13,281 nt of DNA from Elusimicrobiota bacterium (GTDB lineage Bacteria; Elusimicrobiota; Elusimicrobia; Elusimicrobiales; UBA9959): positions 1 through 13,281 of the forward strand of contig JBAXKK010000073.1 in assembly GCA_037137395.1 (NCBI GenBank). The letters run 5' to 3'. The notes below the pieces were generated by a model, which was not told the DNA's origin, searched no databases, and saw only the letters and a program-made list of their open reading frames with translations. Each line of letters starts with the position of its first letter. Within the stretch, counting starts at the first letter, position 1. A program made the translations under genes and the position numbers. Below, piece after piece: positions 7,705 through 13,281 of this stretch.

Positions 7705-8409
7705 TTAATTATTATCGCGCGGCTCTTCCGCGGGCGGCGCGGCATCTTCAGCCGCGGGCTCCGAAGGAGACTCCGCTGAAACTGCTTCAGGCGTCCGGGG
7801 CTCCTCAACTGACACGACGGCCGCCGCCTCCGCAAATAGTACGGGCTGGGCCGGTTCAGGCTCCGGCACCAGAGGCCGGGCCGCGGTATCCACAGGGATA
7901 TTCTCCAGCTTGGGAAGGTCGTCCAGCGAGTTAAGGCCGAACTGCCTCAGGAATTCTCCAGTCGTGCCATAAAGTATAGGGCGACCCACGGTCTCGCGTC
8001 TGCCTACTACGGTTATAAGCTTGCGTTCGCTGAGAGTATCTAACGGGCCTATAACCTCAACGCCCCGCACGCTTTCAACCTCGGCGCGGGTCATGGGCTG
8101 ACGGTAGGCGATGATGCAAAGCGTCTCTATGGCGGCCTGCGATAAGCGCACAGTCATCTTATTGTGATAAAGTTTTCTTACCCATAGGCTGTTCTCGGGC
8201 CGGGTGGCCATTTGCCAGCCGCCGGCTATCTGCATGAGCTGCAGGGCGCTGCCACTCTGGTCCAGATGGTCCTTCAGGGCGGCAATAGCGTCCTTTACGC
8301 GTTCCAGGTCTTTTATCTCGCAGAGCTGAGCGGCGCGCTCCGGCGGCAAAGGGTGATCAGTTATAAAAAAAAGAGTTTCAAGGGCTTTCCTGAGTTCAAT
8401 ATCTTCCAT
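7705..8409 (-). CDS. scpB: SMC-Scp complex subunit ScpB
   Basis: Motifs LSQAAIETLCIIAYRQPMTRAEVESVRGV and GRPILYGTTGEFLRQFGLNSLDDLP; acidic Pro/Ala-rich C-terminal tail; lies downstream of scpA. Confidence 0.96.
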   Translation of the reverse strand: MEDIELRKALETLFFITDHPLPPERAAQLCEIKDLERVKDAIAALKDHLDQSGSALQLMQIAGGWQMATRPENSLWVRKLYHNKMTVRLSQAAIETLCIIAYRQPMTRAEVESVRGVEVIGPLDTLSERKLITVVGRRETVGRPILYGTTGEFLRQFGLNSLDDLPKLENIPVDTAARPLVPEPEPAQPVLFAEAAAVVSVEEPRTPEAVSAESPSEPAAEDAAPPAEEPRDNN

Positions 8410-8507
8410 TGTTTACCTCTCTAAAAACAGTGATAAGTAACCGGTATTCTGTAACCAGTAAACAATAGCAAGGAATCTCCTTACTTTACCGGTTACTGTT
8501 TACCCTG
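8410..8507. repeat. Inverted heptamer micro-repeat element in the scpA-scpB spacer, bounded by the 8-bp direct repeat TGTTTACC
   Basis: Heptamers CAGTGAT AAGTAAC CGGTATT CTGTAAC CAGTAAA CAATAGC (8428-8469) and TACCGGT TACTGTT TACCCTG (8487-8507). Perfect 11-bp inverted repeat at 8436-8446/8487-8497. TGTTTACC at 8410-8417 and 8497-8504. Confidence 0.7.
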
Positions 8508-9248
8508 TCAAACTGCTGCCGGCCGCTCCCCAAGGGGCAGTTCGCCCGGCTCCGGCGCGCGATAAATCCTGACTTCTTCGTAAGCCGAATCCTGCACGGC
8601 CAGTATCTTCCTCTGTTTTATAAGCTCCAGAAGCGCCATGAAGCAAACTATGATTCCCAGCCGCTGGGTCTCGGAGACAAAAATATCGTCAAGGAGTATC
8701 CATTCCCTGGCCTTGAGCATATTAAGGACTTTTTCAATCCTGGATTCAATAGGAAAACTCTCGGCCTGCACTTCCTTGGAGTCATCCACGCGCTCGAAGG
8801 CGCGCTTCACTGCCTCCAGCAGCGTAAAGAATTCCAGTTCCAGGAATTTCTCGTCGTTGGAAAAAACCGGGGAGCCGCGGTAAAACACATCCTTGAATCG
8901 GGCGAAGCGCGTCTCAAGGGTCTTGGAGGCGTGCTTGTAACGCTGGTAGTCCTCAAGCATGGTGATCAGTTTGCCGCGCGGGTCGGGGCCTTCGCCCTCT
9001 TCACCCGGCTCCGCTTTAGACGGCAGCAGCATCTTGACCTTTATCTGCATCAGTGTGGAGGCCATTACCAGAAATTCGCCGGCCACCTCCAGGTTCAGAC
9101 TTTTCATTACATCCAGATAGCCCAGATATTCCTGCGTGATCTGCGAGATCGGGATATCGTAGATATCCAGATTATTCTTACGGATAAGGTACATCAAAAG
9201 GTCTATCGGACCCTCAAACACGTCCAGATGCACGTCTAAATCGTTCAT
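8508..9248 (-). CDS. scpA: Segregation/condensation protein A (kleisin)
   Basis: Motifs FEGPIDLLMYLI...DIYDIPISQIT.EYL, AGEFLVMASTL..IK..MLLP and FMALLEL; ATGA overlap with the trpS stop. Confidence 0.96.
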   Translation of the reverse strand: MNDLDVHLDVFEGPIDLLMYLIRKNNLDIYDIPISQITQEYLGYLDVMKSLNLEVAGEFLVMASTLMQIKVKMLLPSKAEPGEEGEGPDPRGKLITMLEDYQRYKHASKTLETRFARFKDVFYRGSPVFSNDEKFLELEFFTLLEAVKRAFERVDDSKEVQAESFPIESRIEKVLNMLKAREWILLDDIFVSETQRLGIIVCFMALLELIKQRKILAVQDSAYEEVRIYRAPEPGELPLGERPAAV

Positions 9249-10333
9249 ATCATCCCCACCGCTTTATTAGCCTCGGCCATGACGGCGGCGGCTACCGCCC
9301 GCGCCCTGGCGTTGCCGGCTTCCAGCATCTTATCCAGCGCGGCCGGGGTAGTGTCACAGCTTTTGCTGCGCACGCGAAATTCTTCCATGGCTTTGTTCAT
9401 CAGTTCGAAAAGCTGCTTCTTGCAGGCGCCGCAGCCGGTAGCCCCCGTGCGGCACGCCTCTTCCTGCTTTGCACAGTCAGGATTATAGATGCGGTGAAAG
9501 GCGCAGACCACGCAGCCCTCCGGATGCCCCTTATCGTCCACTTTTATTTTCAGGGGATCGGTATACATTTTCTTTATCTTGGCCTCGAGGCTTTTGGGCT
9601 CCTCGGCCAGCTCTATGGTGTTGCCGTACGATTTAGACATTTTGCGCCCGTCTATGCCGGGCACTGACGGGGTGGCGGTCAAAAGCGCGTCAGGTTCCCT
9701 GAAAACCGGCGAACCAAACGCGTGGTCAAAGCGCCGCGCGATCTCGCGGGTCAGCTCCAGATGCGGCAATTGGTCTTTGCCAATTGGCACAAAATCGGCC
9801 TTATAGAGCAGGATGTCGGCGGCCTGGAGTATGGGATAGCCCAGGAAACCGTAGGTGGAAAGATCGGAATGAATAGCCAGGTCTTCCCCCTCGCCGGCGT
9901 GAGCCTCCAGAAGCTTCTTCGTGGCTCCGTCGCTGGACCTCATCTTGTCTTCCTGGCCTTTATATTTCTGCTTATGAAGCTCAAGCAGCTGCTCCTTAAA
10001 AGTGGGATTGCGCAAAAGCCAGCTGACGGGGGTTATCATGCCCAGCAGGAGATACAGCTCAGCGTGTTCCTTGATGTCGGACTGGCGGAAGATGACGCAC
10101 TTGGCCGGATCCAGGCCGGCGGCCAGCCAGTCCTGAACCATCAGGCGCGTGTTTTCCGGAATACTGTCGGCCTTGTCGTGACCCGTGGTCAGAGCGTGCC
10201 AATCGGCCACGAAAAAATAACAGTCGTATTTGTCCTGAAGCCCCACCCAGTTCTTCAGAGCCCCCCAGTAATTGCCGAGGTGGAGCCGCCCCGTGGGGCG
10301 CATGCCCGAAACCACGACTTTCTTATTGTCCAT
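9245..10333 (-). CDS. trpS: Tryptophan--tRNA ligase
   Basis: SGMRPTGRLHLGNY (HIGH motif), ADWHALT, GYPILQAADIL, VPIGKDQLPHLELTREIARRF and KMSKS. Confidence 0.97.
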   Translation of the reverse strand: MDNKKVVVSGMRPTGRLHLGNYWGALKNWVGLQDKYDCYFFVADWHALTTGHDKADSIPENTRLMVQDWLAAGLDPAKCVIFRQSDIKEHAELYLLLGMITPVSWLLRNPTFKEQLLELHKQKYKGQEDKMRSSDGATKKLLEAHAGEGEDLAIHSDLSTYGFLGYPILQAADILLYKADFVPIGKDQLPHLELTREIARRFDHAFGSPVFREPDALLTATPSVPGIDGRKMSKSYGNTIELAEEPKSLEAKIKKMYTDPLKIKVDDKGHPEGCVVCAFHRIYNPDCAKQEEACRTGATGCGACKKQLFELMNKAMEEFRVRSKSCDTTPAALDKMLEAGNARARAVAAAVMAEANKAVGMI

Positions 10334-10335
10334 AG

Positions 10336-10983
10336 TTACACGCTCAATAGCTGTATCGCGACACCGGATTTATACAACAAAGTAAGTATGACGCTTAAAA
10401 AAGGCTGTATTATTAGCCGGATCCCGCCCGTAAGCATGAGCCCCAATATTATATACATGCCGTAGGGGATGTGCTTCTCGTAGACTACGAGCCATTTTTC
10501 GGGCAGGAACTCCAGCGCCACGTGGCTGCCGTCCAGCGGGAAGATGGGGATAAGGTTGAACATGGCGAGCAGCAGATTTATAACGATCCCCCAAATGCAG
10601 GCCTTTAAAAGCGTAAGAGTCAGGTCGCCGCCCAGGAAACCCAAAGCGAATATCTTATAAGCGAAGAGCGCCAAAATAGCCAGGAAGATATTAGAGAGCG
10701 GACCGCTCATGGCGACTAGCGCCATGTCGCGCCGCGGGCGGGGCATACGCATAGGGTTTATAGGCACTGGTTTAGCCCAGCCGATTACGGGGAAATGAGA
10801 CATAACACAGATGGCCGGGATTAAAAGAGATCCGATCGGATCTATATGGGGCAGGGGATTTAAAGTGAGGCGGCCCGAGAGATGGGCTGTATCGTCACCT
10901 TTCCTGTAAGCGGTCGCGCCATGCGCGAACTCATGGAAAATGATGGAAAAAAGCAGCACGGGGAATTGTATAAGCCATTCCAT
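10336..10983 (-). CDS. Site-2 protease family (peptidase M50) membrane metalloprotease
   Basis: HEFAH (HExxH), GRLTLNPLPHID, GWAKPVP and NLIPIFPLDG motifs, with several hydrophobic segments. Confidence 0.95.
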   Translation of the reverse strand: MEWLIQFPVLLFSIIFHEFAHGATAYRKGDDTAHLSGRLTLNPLPHIDPIGSLLIPAICVMSHFPVIGWAKPVPINPMRMPRPRRDMALVAMSGPLSNIFLAILALFAYKIFALGFLGGDLTLTLLKACIWGIVINLLLAMFNLIPIFPLDGSHVALEFLPEKWLVVYEKHIPYGMYIILGLMLTGGIRLIIQPFLSVILTLLYKSGVAIQLLSV

Positions 10984-10992
10984 TAGATGATA

Positions 10993-11022
10993 ATTATATT
11001 AATATACTCTTGATGTGAGCAA
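10993..11022 (-). promoter_or_regulatory. Putative sigma70 promoter for the M50-trpS-scpAB-galT-glgA cluster
   Basis: Minus strand TTGCTC-18 nt-TATAAT; the -10 box ends 9 nt before the ATG and no SD is visible. Confidence 0.45.
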
Positions 11023-11036
11023 CAGCTCAGTTAGAA

Positions 11037-11054
11037 TTATCCAATATAGGATAA
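11037..11054. promoter_or_regulatory. Operator-like palindrome between divergent genes
   Basis: TTATCC-aATATa-GGATAA, 8 of 9 symmetric pairs. Confidence 0.35.
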
Positions 11055-11224
11055 GCCTGAAATATTCCGTGTTGGGGTGGCAGGCGGGCTAAAAAAACTT
11101 TATTTTAGTATAATCTTATTTTATCGTGATTGCACCCGCTCCCGCATACACTATCCCGCGTTGGTCAGGGGCTTCGAAACTGATATTCAACGCCGGCTAA
11201 CGAGAATTAAGAGATGGACAAATT

Positions 11225-13051
11225 ATGACGGCCGATAAAGACATTAAGATCGCCTGGTTCAACTTCCTTAAGGCCTTCACCCGGGGCCTGGCGCAGATCA
11301 ATCTATATAAGCCGGATCACGACCAGATTACGCAGGTTCTAAAAGAGGCGCACACCCTGCTCGGGCCCATCATAGCCGACTCCCCAAACAACAAACTCAC
11401 TCTGACCCTGGACAACGACAACCTTATAGTCAACGGCTTTCCGCTTTTAACGGCCTCCAAACTTCCCACTTCTTTCAAGAATATTTTCGCCCGCGCCCAG
11501 ACATCCAGCATCTCTTTCCTGGCCGGAGTCTCTCAGAACGATATCCTCCTGCTATGCCAAATGCAGGCGTTAAACGGCGACAGCCGCGAGTATCTGAAGC
11601 AGAATAATGTAGACAAGATAACCCTCAGCCAGTCCGTCTTCATCATGACGGATAAACCGGACGCCCGGACTGAGCACCCCCAGGCCCCGGAAGACGCCGG
11701 GGCCGGAGAATGTGACGGCGCGACCGCGGAAAAGACGGATGAAACGATAGCTCCCCAGAATTTTGAAACCGCAATAGATACGATTGTAGGCAAGGCTGCC
11801 GGGGACGCCGCCGAAAAAAAACGCATTATGGAAATAGTGATGAAGAAGTTTCAGGCGGAACTGGAAGCGCAGATCAACAAGGCTTTGCTGGTGGTGCGCC
11901 AGGAAAAGAAAAAGATGGAGAGCGATATAGCGCGCACCGAGGCCGTTATCTCCAATATTGCCGAAGGCGTGGTGGTCGTAGACAAGGACGGCAAGATATT
12001 AATGATGAACCCGCAGGCCGAAGTTATCTCCGGCAAGTGTTTAAGCGACCTCTCCGGCCAGAAGATATTTGATATCGCGAACCTTGAGAGCCAATTAGTG
12101 TCATTGGCCTGGGAGATCAGGAGCGACGGGGTCAAGACGAGCGAACCATCGGGTGGCGGGGACCTAAAGTCCGGCTTCAGCGAAGCGATAAAGAAATCCA
12201 CGGCCATTATACAGGACGAGGATGGCAAGATTGTGGGATCTCTCTCAATTCCCACCGATACGACCAAATTCCGGGAAATGGAAAAATTGCAGCAGGATTT
12301 TATAGCCAATATGACGCACGAGCTTCGCTCCCCCCTGACCTCCATAAAGTCGGCTCTAGAGCTCCTGGCGAAGGGCATAAAGTCCGACGATCCAGGGAAG
12401 AGCATGATCAACACCGCCATAAGAAATTCAGAGCGCCTTAACGCCATCATCACCGATATACTGGATTTTTCAAAACTTCAGTCCGGCAAGATGGTTTTTC
12501 ACCCGGAGAACGCGCCGTCTGACGAGATCGCAAAGGAAGCGGCCGATTCCATGAAAGCGTGGTCTGCGTCCAAAAGTCTGACACTAACGGCAAAAATAGA
12601 ACCCGGGGTGCCGCATGTCTACGCCGACAAGCGCCGCACCGTGCAGATACTTATCAACCTCATTTCAAATGCAATCAAATTCACGCCCAAGGGAGGCGCC
12701 ATAGAGCTCAGCGCCGATAAAGGTCAAGGCGCGCAATCCGGCTTCGTTTTCTTCTCGGTAAAAGATACCGGCTGCGGCATAAAGAAAGAAGACCAGTCAA
12801 AAATTTTTGACAAATTCGTGCAGGCATCCGCCGGAGAAAAGATAGCAGGCACCGGCCTTGGCCTGACCATAACCAAAGCCATGGTGGTCACGCAGGGCGG
12901 CCGGATAACGGTGGAAAGCGACCAGGGCCGCGGCTCCACCTTCCGCGTTGCCTTGCCCGTTTATAACGGCCAATTGGAAGCGCCCGTCTTTGAGCCGCTT
13001 CCGATAGCGAACAAAAAAAATTCCTGGTGGAAAAAGCTCCTCGGCATATAA
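11225..13051 (+). CDS. Cytoplasmic PAS-domain sensor histidine kinase
   Basis: PAS start (EGVVVVDKDGKILMMNPQAE), H-box THELRSPL (H365), N-box QILINLISNAIKFT, G1 DTGCGI, F-box IFDKF and G2 GTGLGL. No obvious transmembrane helix. Confidence 0.93.
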   Translation: MTADKDIKIAWFNFLKAFTRGLAQINLYKPDHDQITQVLKEAHTLLGPIIADSPNNKLTLTLDNDNLIVNGFPLLTASKLPTSFKNIFARAQTSSISFLAGVSQNDILLLCQMQALNGDSREYLKQNNVDKITLSQSVFIMTDKPDARTEHPQAPEDAGAGECDGATAEKTDETIAPQNFETAIDTIVGKAAGDAAEKKRIMEIVMKKFQAELEAQINKALLVVRQEKKKMESDIARTEAVISNIAEGVVVVDKDGKILMMNPQAEVISGKCLSDLSGQKIFDIANLESQLVSLAWEIRSDGVKTSEPSGGGDLKSGFSEAIKKSTAIIQDEDGKIVGSLSIPTDTTKFREMEKLQQDFIANMTHELRSPLTSIKSALELLAKGIKSDDPGKSMINTAIRNSERLNAIITDILDFSKLQSGKMVFHPENAPSDEIAKEAADSMKAWSASKSLTLTAKIEPGVPHVYADKRRTVQILINLISNAIKFTPKGGAIELSADKGQGAQSGFVFFSVKDTGCGIKKEDQSKIFDKFVQASAGEKIAGTGLGLTITKAMVVTQGGRITVESDQGRGSTFRVALPVYNGQLEAPVFEPLPIANKKNSWWKKLLGI

Positions 13052-13066
13052 AACCTCGCGCAGGCA

Positions 13067-13096
13067 TTGTTATACCAGCCACATAAATTATAAAAT
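13067..13096 (+). promoter_or_regulatory. Putative sigma70 promoter upstream of the tRNA-like repeats
   Basis: TTGTTA (13067-13072) followed after 16 nt by TATAAA or after 18 nt by TAAAAT. Confidence 0.35.
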
Positions 13097-13147
13097 ATAC
13101 ATTCAGTCGCCCCGCTCGCCGCGCAGTACGATCGGGGTGCGACAGAA

Positions 13148-13200
13148 GCGCCCATATCTCAACGGATAGAGCGGACTATACGGCAGTCTTGCGGGGCCCG
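13148..13200 (+). pseudogene. Degenerate tRNA-Arg(ACG)-like element lacking a recognisable T-arm
   Basis: GCGCCCA-TA-TCTC-AACGGATA-GAGC resembles tRNA-Arg 5' ends. It is followed by the stem GGACT/AGTCT closing a 7-nt loop AT-ACG-GC. No GTTCG and no matching TGGGCGC/CCA 3' strand. Confidence 0.5.
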
Positions 13201-13262
13201 TGGACACAATTTAGCGTTACTGCGTGACAAAAAGCGCAAGTCACATACAAAGACGATTTTGC

Positions 13263-13281
13263 GCGCCCATATCTCAACGGA
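13263..13281 (+). repeat. Second exact copy of the tRNA-Arg-like 5' end, truncated by the window edge; may be the start of an intact tRNA
   Basis: GCGCCCATATCTCAACGGA is identical to 13148-13166, offset 115 nt. Confidence 0.7.

Noticed and set aside
4430..10594. Alternative ORFs overlapping the 4125 gene, glgA, galT, scpB, scpA, trpS and M50 (e.g. 5678-6322, 9722-10465, 10370-10594)
   Set aside because: They overlap well-supported genes, antisense or out of frame, and show no motifs.
11037..11045. TTATCCAAT as a DnaA box or replication origin
   Set aside because: Only 7/9 match to TTATCCACA, no box cluster seen, and better explained as half of a palindrome.
13106..13143. GC-rich hairpin as an intrinsic terminator of the kinase gene
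   Set aside because: No U-tract follows it on the plus strand; it is mentioned only as part of the tRNA-like locus.
11317..13155. Minus-strand ORFs over the histidine kinase and its 3' flank
   Set aside because: They are antisense shadows of the kinase with no independent support.
13148..13225. Intact functional tRNA-Arg(ACG)
   Set aside because: No T-loop consensus, no complementary acceptor 3' strand or CCA, a D-stem mismatch and a missing spacer base before the anticodon stem.
1..13281. Taxonomic assignment (impression of Elusimicrobiota)
   Set aside because: Based only on gene style and order. It would need TrpS/ScpA/ScpB phylogeny or BLAST, so it is not claimed.

Overview
Bacterial genomic window with three parts. 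(1) 1-3772 (minus strand) is the 5' part of a very large secreted protein that the ORF track misses because it runs off the left edge. It has a signal peptide plus at least 13.5 tandem ~90-aa IPT/TIG-type Ig-like repeats, including one perfect 270-bp duplication. A divergent gene encodes a secreted protein with four internal ~55-aa repeats. (2) 5090-10983 (minus strand) is a probable operon: M50 site-2 protease, trpS, scpA, scpB, a galT-like gene and glgA. Its three larger intergenic gaps are largely filled by 7/8-mer tandem or inverted micro-repeats. TrpRS has a probable [4Fe-4S] Cys motif and an insertion, and GlgA has Asn at a normally conserved His. (3) A divergent soluble PAS histidine kinase is followed by a non-coding region with two identical 19-nt tRNA-Arg-like 5' ends 115 nt apart, the first in a degenerate tRNA-Arg(ACG)-like element. 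No CRISPR array, transposase, integrase or reverse transcriptase is visible. All calls come from manual reading and motif recognition; no searches were run.
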